Below are positions 56,737-64,000 of a stretch of DNA of 64,000 nt, one piece after another. The notes below the pieces were generated by a model. It made no database searches. It was not told the DNA's origin and saw only the letters and a program-made list of their open reading frames with translations. Position numbers and translations under genes: made by a program. Position 1 is the stretch's first letter; each line of letters begins with the position of its first letter. Source of the stretch: a virus; IMG/VR virus record IMGVR_UViG_3300035670_000143, positions 1-64,000 of that record, one strand, 5' to 3'.

Positions 56737-56910
56737 ATGAATTACACTAATATTAAAAAGGGGGCTATTGTAAGAAACTTATCTTCACCTGAGCAGATCC
56801 TTCTTGTTTTACAGGAAGCAGATGAGTTTGGTAATTTCAAAGCCCTTATTGTTGGAACAGATACTGTTATTGAAGAAAGTATTGAACAAAAAGAACTCGT
56901 TCTTGTTTGA
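56737..56910 (+). CDS. 57 aa hypothetical protein (not in the ORF track)
   Basis: MNYTNIKKGAIVRNL..; fills the gap. Confidence 0.5.
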   Translation: MNYTNIKKGAIVRNLSSPEQILLVLQEADEFGNFKALIVGTDTVIEESIEQKELVLV

Positions 56911-56922
56911 TGAAAGGATTGT

Positions 56923-57198
56923 ATGCCTAATAAATTTAAACCTGGCGACTATGTAAAGTCGAAGCGTTTTAGTGGTATTGCTATGTATATTTATCGCAAT
57001 ACAACTATTCATCGTGATCTTGATGATGACGGATTTCTTGAAGAAATTGTTGCTGATGACTGTTACGATTGTGTAATGGTTGGTGATGACATGATTCATA
57101 AGATTGATGAAGAAGATTTGGAGTTGCTTCCCATAAGTGACTTCTGTTATGAGTGTGGTCAAATTGGTTGTAAACACAGTGTTATGGAGGAAGAATGA
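56923..57198 (+). CDS. Hypothetical protein with C-terminal CxxC
   Basis: VMVGDD..FCYECGQIGC; SD GAAAGG. Confidence 0.7.
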   Translation: MPNKFKPGDYVKSKRFSGIAMYIYRNTTIHRDLDDDGFLEEIVADDCYDCVMVGDDMIHKIDEEDLELLPISDFCYECGQIGCKHSVMEEE

Positions 57199-57704
57199 AT
57201 AAGCAAAAGATGCTGGAATTGGCTGACTTTATTGAAAATCTTGACCGTTGGAGATTCAATATTGGATTCTGGGCCTCAGACTTTAGTAAAGGATATTACA
57301 CCCCAACATCTAATCTTGACGTTAACATTTGCAATACAGCAGGATGTATTGCTGGCTGGGCTATGGCGATGGAGAATGGTGGGGAAGTAACTATGCCTAC
57401 TATTATTAGTCCAGAAATGGCTAACTACAACGTCTTTAGTGGGGCAAGGATTCTTGGTCTAACATTTGCTCAGGCTTCTCGTTTGTTTTATGTTGATCCT
57501 GATTCTATTTGGGTTCAATATTGGGAGATGTATAAGCATCTGATTGATGTTGAAGATATTGAAGAAATTGAAGCATTCTCTGACTACCACGGCAGTATTG
57601 ATTCAGAGAAGCTTGGTGAAAAAATTACAAATAGTGTAGCAGCTTTTATGCTGCGTCAGATTGCTAATGGTGAGTTTGATCTTTCTAATGAATGGAGGCC
57701 GTGA
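57195..57704 (+). CDS. Hypothetical protein, CxTAGCIAGW family (paralog 1)
   Basis: ICNTAGCIAGWA..LGL...QA..LFY. Confidence 0.75.
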   Translation: MNKQKMLELADFIENLDRWRFNIGFWASDFSKGYYTPTSNLDVNICNTAGCIAGWAMAMENGGEVTMPTIISPEMANYNVFSGARILGLTFAQASRLFYVDPDSIWVQYWEMYKHLIDVEDIEEIEAFSDYHGSIDSEKLGEKITNSVAAFMLRQIANGEFDLSNEWRP

Positions 57705-57705
57705 A

Positions 57706-58224
57706 ATGATTAATCGTGAAAATATGATGAAGCTTGCTCTTCATCTTGAAGATATTGATAAGAGTCGTTTTAATATGAACTATTGGGTTAGCTCATATCA
57801 AGATGAGTATCAAGAACACATGGAGGGTGAGCGTTTAGATATTAATGATTGTGGTACTGCTGGTTGTATTGCTGGTTGGGCTGTTGCTTTGGCAAATAAT
57901 GGAAAATTCAATGCCATTGATGCTGATGAATATGAAGGATTAGAATTAGACGACGAAGAACTTCTTCTGGGTGATGTTAGGCATTATGCCGCTGAATGGC
58001 TTGGCCTTTCTATGAGTCAAGCAGATCAGTTGTTTTATTTCGGTGAAGATTCTGTTTGGAATCGGTATATCAATGACTACGGTTTTGATAGCCATAAAAC
58101 TCTTGGTAATCCGAATAAAAAGAAAATTGATGCCGATAGTATTCACCCTAAGCATGCTGCTGACATGCTTTATCGTATTCTTAGCGGTGAAGATGTGTTT
58201 GTACAATATGGGAAGTTCTTGTGA
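57706..58224 (+). CDS. Hypothetical protein, CxTAGCIAGW family (paralog 2)
   Basis: DCGTAGCIAGWA..LGL...QA..LFY. Confidence 0.75.
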   Translation: MINRENMMKLALHLEDIDKSRFNMNYWVSSYQDEYQEHMEGERLDINDCGTAGCIAGWAVALANNGKFNAIDADEYEGLELDDEELLLGDVRHYAAEWLGLSMSQADQLFYFGEDSVWNRYINDYGFDSHKTLGNPNKKKIDADSIHPKHAADMLYRILSGEDVFVQYGKFL

Positions 58225-58352
58225 CTTCTTATATTTGTAGAAGTTGCGGTTCTGAATATCCTGAGCAACCTGAAGATAATTTTTGTAGAGTTTGCCATGA
58301 GAATGAGGTATTTCCCTCAGATGAATATTCCTATTACGATTGGGAGGATTAA
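58221..58352 (+). CDS. 43 aa rubredoxin/Zn-ribbon-like peptide (not in the ORF track)
   Basis: GTGA coupling; CRSCG..CRVC. Confidence 0.55.
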   Translation: MTSYICRSCGSEYPEQPEDNFCRVCHENEVFPSDEYSYYDWED

Positions 58353-58354
58353 AT

Positions 58355-58756
58355 ATGAATCACATAATTAAAATGAATCCAAAAGTTAAAGCCATGTGGA
58401 TTGAAGCTCTTCTTTCTGGTGATTACCAGCAGGGTCAACATTATCTTTGTCAAGATAATAATGATGGCTCTAAGTCATGGTGTTGTCTAGGTGTTCTTAC
58501 AGATCTTGCCATGAAAAATGGTGTCGATATTGATATGGAAAGATCCCTGTCTGAATCTAATGTATACGCCTTTGATAATGAATCAGAAACAGTTCCTGCT
58601 ACTGTAAAAAGTTGGGCTGGTTTGGAAACGGCTTCTGGTGGATACTCTTGTCCTAATATTGATGACGGAGATGAGTTGACTTGTTCACTTGCTGAAGATA
58701 ATGATAATGGTCTCACGTTTGAAGAACTTGTAGACATAATTAGAGAGTATTTCTGA
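58355..58756 (+). CDS. Conserved phage hypothetical protein
   Basis: WIEALLSG.Y.QG..CCLGVL..ND.G.TF. Confidence 0.75.
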   Translation: MNHIIKMNPKVKAMWIEALLSGDYQQGQHYLCQDNNDGSKSWCCLGVLTDLAMKNGVDIDMERSLSESNVYAFDNESETVPATVKSWAGLETASGGYSCPNIDDGDELTCSLAEDNDNGLTFEELVDIIREYF

Positions 58757-58771
58757 AAATAAGGAGGAATC

Positions 58772-59107
58772 ATGTTTGACGATTATCTAAATATTGGGCC
58801 TACTCCGCCTGAGGAAGATTGTGTTCAGGTTGGTAGCGAGGATTACCTTAGGAAAACAAAGATCGAAGTCAATGCTTTTATCAATCAGCTTGAGCGTGAG
58901 TTTTCTCTTTGGGTGGAAAATGATTGGGTTCTTTTTGATAAGAAGTGGTTCAATCATGATTTTGGTCGATACTGTGAAGTAGTTGTGTATTACAAAACTG
59001 ATGATGAAACATCTAGGGGTTGTGCTCTTTCTGTTGAGCGTTCTCATTATCATTATTGGGATGAAGAAGCCAGAAAGGAACTAAAGGAGGCTGGGTATTG
59101 GGTATGA
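58772..59107 (+). CDS. Conserved phage hypothetical protein
   Basis: IGPTP..EDC.QVG..HDFG.Y.EV; SD AAGGAGG. Confidence 0.75.
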   Translation: MFDDYLNIGPTPPEEDCVQVGSEDYLRKTKIEVNAFINQLEREFSLWVENDWVLFDKKWFNHDFGRYCEVVVYYKTDDETSRGCALSVERSHYHYWDEEARKELKEAGYWV

Positions 59108-59856
59108 GTGATGTTTTGTATAAAGGCTTAACTCTTGTTGAACTTGCTCAGCAAGCTTTACAAAAGCCTGAAGATTTCGGCTGGTGGGGTAGTGATGAAA
59201 TGTTTGATACTTGGGGTTGGTCAGGTATTGATGTTCACAATGCTTCTGATTCTGTTCAGATCGTCAATTTCGATCTGATTAAAAAAGATTTGATGGAGAA
59301 GTTTCCTGACGATTTTGAAGTTGTTGGTTTGAGGCATTGGGCTGTAGGTCATGTTGATAGATTGACTTGCCGTATTCTCAAAGATAGTATCAGTCATGAT
59401 AGTATCACTGATGATAGTATTACTGATGCTTTTAAAGCTGCTATGGATTGGCTTGTTCAATTGGATGACTATCCTATTGTTGATGATGATGCTCTTTATG
59501 AGTATTGTTATAATCAGGAATTGGAGTGGATTACTCAAGAGTTGCCGGCTGAAATTTATGTTGCTAATTCGAAAGAAGAAACGGCAGCCTTAATTCTTGA
59601 AGAACTTAGTCAACTTGATGATTATGATGTTGTTGGTTACAACCTTGACGGTGCTTCTGTTACTGAACATCTTATGCGTTATGCTGCTTATGATCTAAGT
59701 TTGTGCGATGCCAGATATCGTGAGTTTTGGGATGAGTGGGTAGAAGAAGAAGGTTTGCCCATTATCTTCTGGGGTGACAACTTTGGTGCGCCGGCAAATG
59801 TTGTGCATAAGTTAGATGGTCAATTGAATCTTTTTGATGAGGAGAATGATGCCTGA
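59104..59856 (+). CDS. Acidic hypothetical protein
   Basis: HWAVGHVD..LDDYPI motifs; SD AAGGAGG. Confidence 0.75.
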   Translation: MSDVLYKGLTLVELAQQALQKPEDFGWWGSDEMFDTWGWSGIDVHNASDSVQIVNFDLIKKDLMEKFPDDFEVVGLRHWAVGHVDRLTCRILKDSISHDSITDDSITDAFKAAMDWLVQLDDYPIVDDDALYEYCYNQELEWITQELPAEIYVANSKEETAALILEELSQLDDYDVVGYNLDGASVTEHLMRYAAYDLSLCDARYREFWDEWVEEEGLPIIFWGDNFGAPANVVHKLDGQLNLFDEENDA

Positions 59857-60061
59857 AGTTAATGAGTTTAAGATTACAAATCCGAGAGCACCTTTCTTTA
59901 TTCTTCAGGAACTTCTTGAGCATACAGATGTTCCTATCAATAAGCGTGGTGATTTGAAATGGATTAAGGACAATCTTGATTCCGTTTCTGTTCCAGAAGA
60001 TGTCATTATTGAACTGACTAATGTTGTTAATGATCTTTGTTTTGTAAAGGATGGTGAGTAA
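59849..60061 (+). CDS. Hypothetical protein
   Basis: SD GAGGAG. Confidence 0.6.
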   Translation: MPEVNEFKITNPRAPFFILQELLEHTDVPINKRGDLKWIKDNLDSVSVPEDVIIELTNVVNDLCFVKDGE

Positions 60062-60387
60062 TGAGTTTTGATAAAGAAGCTCTTGATCGTTGGCTTACGG
60101 AAGAACCTGATTGGAGAAGCGGTCCAATTTTTCATTCGTATGAATTAATTAAAGAAGCTGTAAGTTATGCTACATACGATGAACCGTATCCGCCTTATGA
60201 TCTGGCTTTTAATAATTTTGATGAACTGAGATGCCGTGATTGTAAAAAGCCTGTCGGATTTCTTTTACATGATGATCACATTCCTGCTACGGATTCAATT
60301 ACCGAATTTTGGCAAATTGATGAAGATGGTGAAGAACTTCTTTGTGAAGGTTGTTACGAAAAAATCATTGAAGAGATTGGAGAATGA
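60061..60387 (+). CDS. Acidic Zn-binding hypothetical protein
   Basis: CRDC..CEGC. Confidence 0.65.
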   Translation: MSFDKEALDRWLTEEPDWRSGPIFHSYELIKEAVSYATYDEPYPPYDLAFNNFDELRCRDCKKPVGFLLHDDHIPATDSITEFWQIDEDGEELLCEGCYEKIIEEIGE

Positions 60388-60752
60388 TGGCTGATTATTG
60401 GATGAAATTGATTGGACATGTAGCAGTTGATAGTGGTCAGCTTATGCTTTGTGATCCCTGCTACATTAAGTCTAAGGATTGGGAAGATGGTCCATTTGAA
60501 AGAGCAAAACCTGATAACTCTGGTTATTATCCGTTTAATTATAACGGTGTCTGTGGTGCTACTCTTTCTAATTCGCAAGCTGGAAGCATGGCTTTTGAAT
60601 CTGGATTTGAAGGTGTAGCGGTTGCTTTTAGTTCTGGATTCGGTGATGGTTTCTATCCCGTTTATGCTACTTATGTAGATGATCCAGACTTTGGTACGAG
60701 GATTGCCAAAGTTGAAGTTGTAATGATTGATATTGACGAGGAGGAAGAATAA
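60384..60752 (+). CDS. DUF4241-like protein
   Basis: IG.VAVDSGQ..CDPCY..SGFGDG.YPV. Confidence 0.65.
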   Translation: MMADYWMKLIGHVAVDSGQLMLCDPCYIKSKDWEDGPFERAKPDNSGYYPFNYNGVCGATLSNSQAGSMAFESGFEGVAVAFSSGFGDGFYPVYATYVDDPDFGTRIAKVEVVMIDIDEEEE

Positions 60753-60753
60753 A

Positions 60754-61308
60754 ATGCCTAATTGGTGTGAAAATGAGTTTGCTATTGCGGCAAAGAAAGA
60801 TAATACTAATATTGATACCCTGTCTCAGTATCTTGATGCTGATGATGGTTTCTTTGAGAAGTTAATTCCAACTCCGAAAGAACTTTTGGATCTTGGTTCT
60901 CCTAATCTTAATGAAGCACAAAAACTTGAGATGATGTCTAAGTATGGGTCTGCTGATTGGTACTGGTGGAGAGTGAATAACTGGGGTACTAAGTGGGATC
61001 TTCATGATATTAATAATCTTCAAATAACGATTGAGGGTGAGTATAAGATTATTACTTTCACTTGTGATACTGCTTGGTCGCCTCCTGAAGAAGGTTTCCA
61101 AAGAATCTCTGCTATGCCTGAGTTTAGGAATGTTTATTTCTATGCGCAGTACCATGAGCCTGGTATGGGGTTTGAAGGTTTCTTTTCATTTGTGAATGGT
61201 GAAAGCCGTGGTGCTGAATGTGTTCAATCTTATGTCAAGCTCGATGACATTCTTGCTGATGTTGAGTTTTATCTTGGAGAAATTGAGCAATTAGATGACA
61301 GTATCTAA
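60754..61308 (+). CDS. DUF1281/YubB ferredoxin-like-fold protein
   Basis: MPNWCEN..WY.WR..NWGTKWD..TAWSPP..Y.EPG. Confidence 0.8.
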   Translation: MPNWCENEFAIAAKKDNTNIDTLSQYLDADDGFFEKLIPTPKELLDLGSPNLNEAQKLEMMSKYGSADWYWWRVNNWGTKWDLHDINNLQITIEGEYKIITFTCDTAWSPPEEGFQRISAMPEFRNVYFYAQYHEPGMGFEGFFSFVNGESRGAECVQSYVKLDDILADVEFYLGEIEQLDDSI

Positions 61309-61570
61309 CAATGAAACCCCCTGGTATGAACGAGGTGCGTGTAAAGATAAAAGTGAATACTTTTTTACTGAGCATCTTCCTCTTCGTGAATCAAGAAAAC
61401 TTGACACGATAGCAAAGTCAATATGCGCTTCTTGCTCTGTCTCTGGTGAGTGTTTACAGTATGCCATTGATAACAATGAAGAGTATGGAATTTGGGGTGG
61501 TATTAAAGCAAAAGATTTGAAGAAGATGTCGATCAGCATTAAGAGAATGGATGAAAATGTCAAGCACTGA
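61295..61570 (+). CDS. whiB: WhiB-family transcription factor
   Basis: W...GAC..FF..AKSICASCSV..ECLQYA..E.YGIWGG. Confidence 0.88.
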   Translation: MTVSNNETPWYERGACKDKSEYFFTEHLPLRESRKLDTIAKSICASCSVSGECLQYAIDNNEEYGIWGGIKAKDLKKMSISIKRMDENVKH

Positions 61571-61901
61571 AGATATTGAACAACTAATTAAGACTGAGAT
61601 GATTGCATCATATATTGACAAATATTATGAATATGCTGATCAAGAGGATTTTAGCAAACAGTTTATAGATAACTTTTTTTATATTCTTCACGAAATGCTA
61701 GGTGATGTTGACTCATTGGATTTTGAAGGTCTTTTGACTAAGACAGTCGATATTACAGTCAGCATGATGTTTAATCTAGCCGTGATGATTAAGACAATTA
61801 ATAAATTTAATCACGATGTTCTTAACGAATCTATGGAATTTATTAGAGACAATGTTATTGAGAGTATACGGGAATCGATCAAACGAGGTGCAGATGAGTA
61901 A
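61551..61901 (+). CDS. Hypothetical protein
   Basis: ORF between two WhiB genes. Confidence 0.6.
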   Translation: MKMSSTEDIEQLIKTEMIASYIDKYYEYADQEDFSKQFIDNFFYILHEMLGDVDSLDFEGLLTKTVDITVSMMFNLAVMIKTINKFNHDVLNESMEFIRDNVIESIRESIKRGADE

Positions 61902-62226
61902 TGAATTTCTGACGATTTTTTCTAAACCAGAGTGGCAGTCTTCTGCCAACTGTAAAGGTCAGACAGAAATTTTGTATGCTATTCATACACCCTCTGCTCG
62001 CAGAGGCAAAAGAAAGATTTTGATTAAGATTGCCAACATGTGTGAGAAATGCCCTGTATCAACAGAGTGTTTACTTTACGCCTGTGAGACAAATCAAGAG
62101 TTTGGTGTGTGGGCTTCCTTTACACCAGATCAAATCAAAAAACTTTCTTCAACCCTTATTGATGTTTCCAAAGTGGAGGCATTAATTGTTCACAATATTC
62201 AACAACTCAAGGAGGTTGTTTCATGA
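61894..62226 (+). CDS. whiB: WhiB-family transcription factor (divergent)
   Basis: WQSSANC..CEKCPV..ECLLYA..FGVWA. Confidence 0.75.
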   Translation: MSNEFLTIFSKPEWQSSANCKGQTEILYAIHTPSARRGKRKILIKIANMCEKCPVSTECLLYACETNQEFGVWASFTPDQIKKLSSTLIDVSKVEALIVHNIQQLKEVVS

Positions 62227-63167
62227 GCAAGGAAACCGGGAAATTAGATCTTGGTTTTGACGAAGTTACTTCTCTTAGAGAACTTCGTAATAGAGGTATT
62301 GGCGTACCAATGGTCACAGCAAGCTTTTCTCCTGATATTGTCAAGATTGCTAGTCCTTCTAAGCATGCTCTTACTTCAGTTGTAAAAGTTAGTGATCTTT
62401 TAATAGACTACTCTTACCAGAGACAGCAGAGTAAGGCAAAAGTCGCAAAAATTGCGAGAAATTTCAACTATGATGCTCTTGGAGTTATCATTGTTTCTAT
62501 TCGTGAGTCTGGTGATATGTTCATTCTTGACGGTGGACATAGAGTTGCTGCAATGAATCTTCTTGGCAAGGGTGATGAAAATATCAATGCTCTTGTCTAT
62601 TTTGATTTGACACTGAAGCAAGAAGCATCTTTGTTCATTTCATTGAATGAAGAAAGAACAAAGCCGAAGCGTTTCGACATTCATACAGCATCTTCTTCCG
62701 CTGGAGAGACAACTGCTGTTGAGATGGATTTACTTCTTGAGAATAACAACCTTAGATTCTCTGATGTGAATGGATATGGTTGTGTTCGTGCGGTAGGAAC
62801 TGTGCGAAAGATGATTGAGAAGATTGGATCAAACAAACTTGATCGTGTTATTAAGGTTCTTATCCTTGCTAACGGTAATCATTCAAAGTTTTTGTGTAGT
62901 GAATACATCATTGCTTGCTCTGCGATCATCTGTCAGTACCCAAACATCAAAGATGACAGGCTTGCAAAAGCATTCAATTCGCTAGGTGAACCTTCAATTG
63001 CTGTGATGAAGTCAAACGCTATGTCTTCTGGTAAGTCAGCCTTCTCAAAGGTTCAGTCTCTTTGTTCTGTTATCGTTGATAATTACAACTACAAGATGAC
63101 AAAGAACCGTCTTGATAAGAACATCATTCTTTTGAGTGATGCAAGAACTTGCTTTTACAAGGGGTGA
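62223..63167 (+). CDS. ParB/Srx-like N-terminal domain protein (DUF6551-like)
   Basis: IDYSYQR..LGVIIVS.R..ILDGGHRV..EA.LF..LN. Confidence 0.75.
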   Translation: MSKETGKLDLGFDEVTSLRELRNRGIGVPMVTASFSPDIVKIASPSKHALTSVVKVSDLLIDYSYQRQQSKAKVAKIARNFNYDALGVIIVSIRESGDMFILDGGHRVAAMNLLGKGDENINALVYFDLTLKQEASLFISLNEERTKPKRFDIHTASSSAGETTAVEMDLLLENNNLRFSDVNGYGCVRAVGTVRKMIEKIGSNKLDRVIKVLILANGNHSKFLCSEYIIACSAIICQYPNIKDDRLAKAFNSLGEPSIAVMKSNAMSSGKSAFSKVQSLCSVIVDNYNYKMTKNRLDKNIILLSDARTCFYKG

Positions 63168-63381
63168 TTTGAAGTTGGGTAAAAAGAAAGCAAGATCTTC
63201 TGAAAAGTACTGGTTTGCCACCGGATACTATTGCGGAATGACTGATAACTATGATCCACCTAGTAGACAACTACATGATATTGCAATGGAAAGCATTGGA
63301 TTGGATATCACTAAAGAGTGGGAAGATGGTTGGGAAACCGGAGTTCATGATAGAGAAATAGGAGGTTATAGTGACAACTGA
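63136..63381 (+). CDS. Hypothetical protein (start uncertain)
   Basis: ORF in a packed run. Confidence 0.5.
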   Translation: MMQELAFTRGDLKLGKKKARSSEKYWFATGYYCGMTDNYDPPSRQLHDIAMESIGLDITKEWEDGWETGVHDREIGGYSDN

Positions 63382-63733
63382 AGAAAAGAAGACATGCGAA
63401 CAAAGAATTTATGATCATCTTAGAAGTCGTGAAGCAAGTATTGCGGAAATTTTTGAGGCTTGTGATACAGATTCGCCTGTTGATGGTTATCATGATCCTT
63501 ATGAAGCTCTGAATAACTTTGCGCTCGGCTATACAGAATGGAAGACTGCTAAGATTGATCTTTCATGGGGTGGTCCTGCTGATTACCTTACAGCTCTTAT
63601 TGACCATGAGAATGGCAATAAGATTGTCAGACTTGACTATCACTTTGCTGATTGGTTTGATCATGCTCAAAAGCCAGTTGATAGAGATACACCTTTGTTT
63701 CGTTATGCTGAATACGTTATTGGTACATACTAA
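63371..63733 (+). CDS. Conserved phage hypothetical protein
   Basis: LSWGGPAD..YHFADWFD; SD AGGAGG. Confidence 0.7.
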   Translation: MTTEEKKTCEQRIYDHLRSREASIAEIFEACDTDSPVDGYHDPYEALNNFALGYTEWKTAKIDLSWGGPADYLTALIDHENGNKIVRLDYHFADWFDHAQKPVDRDTPLFRYAEYVIGTY

Positions 63734-63747
63734 AAGGGAGAATAATA

Positions 63748-64000
63748 ATGCAGGAATACATTACACTACGTTTGCCAACTGACCAGTTGGATGAAATGAT
63801 TGATGAACTTAAGGCTAATCTTTCTGATGAAGTATCTGAGAACATCAAGAATGACATTATTGAAGAAATTCAGAAGGATATCGAAAAAAATATTGATGAT
63901 TATATCGACTTAGACGATATCGCTGATACTCTTCATAGAGACTACCTTGATTATGATCAAATCGCTAGTGAGATTGAAAATCGTAATGAATCCTTTTCTA
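63748..64000 (+). CDS. 3'-partial, very acidic protein
   Basis: SD GGGAG; MQEYITLRLPTDQLDEMIDEL..IDDYIDLDDIAD; open to the window end. Confidence 0.65.
   Translation, partial: MQEYITLRLPTDQLDEMIDELKANLSDEVSENIKNDIIEEIQKDIEKNIDDYIDLDDIADTLHRDYLDYDQIASEIENRNESFS

Noticed and set aside
1-64000. Stop-codon reassignment or a diversity-generating retroelement
   Set aside because: Core genes are intact in the standard code with all three stops used; no reverse transcriptase or TR/VR pair seen

Overview
A 64 kb segment of a large, AT-rich, apparently lytic tailed (siphovirus-type) phage genome. Every credible gene is on the + strand. Three WhiB-family genes, an LPxTG sortase substrate, an MSMEG_6728-like gene and many apparently leaderless genes point to an actinobacterial host (inference). 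Gene order: surface/secreted proteins and lysis (1-3.7 kb); head-tail joining, tail tube, chaperones, a ~3080 aa tape measure and tail tip/fibre genes (3.8-32.3 kb); replication, recombination and repair (DnaB, DnaG, SSB, DnaE, RecA, C5-methylase, Cas4-like, RuvC-like; 32-49 kb); glycosyltransferases flanking the terminase genes (49-54 kb); a ~460 bp repeat-rich non-coding segment with a sigma70-type promoter; then a long run of small acidic early-type genes (54.4-64 kb). I saw no portal, capsid, integrase, tRNA, CRISPR array or reverse transcriptase. Most notable: (1) a recurrent layout in which -10 promoter boxes sit inside or at the foot of RNA hairpins, some of which also cover the next ribosome-binding site; (2) a nested +1-frame gene with its own SD inside the C5 DNA methylase, resembling the M.EcoHK31I beta subunit; (3) a host-surface display cassette (PA14-like/Thr/Pro-Glu stalk protein plus LPKTG protein); (4) an unannotated 25 aa, 9-Cys metallothionein-like peptide; (5) an APS-kinase/HxGH nucleotidyltransferase fusion inserted in the tail operon, alongside dispersed glycan-tailoring enzymes. 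All functional calls come from motif recognition by eye; no database searches were run.
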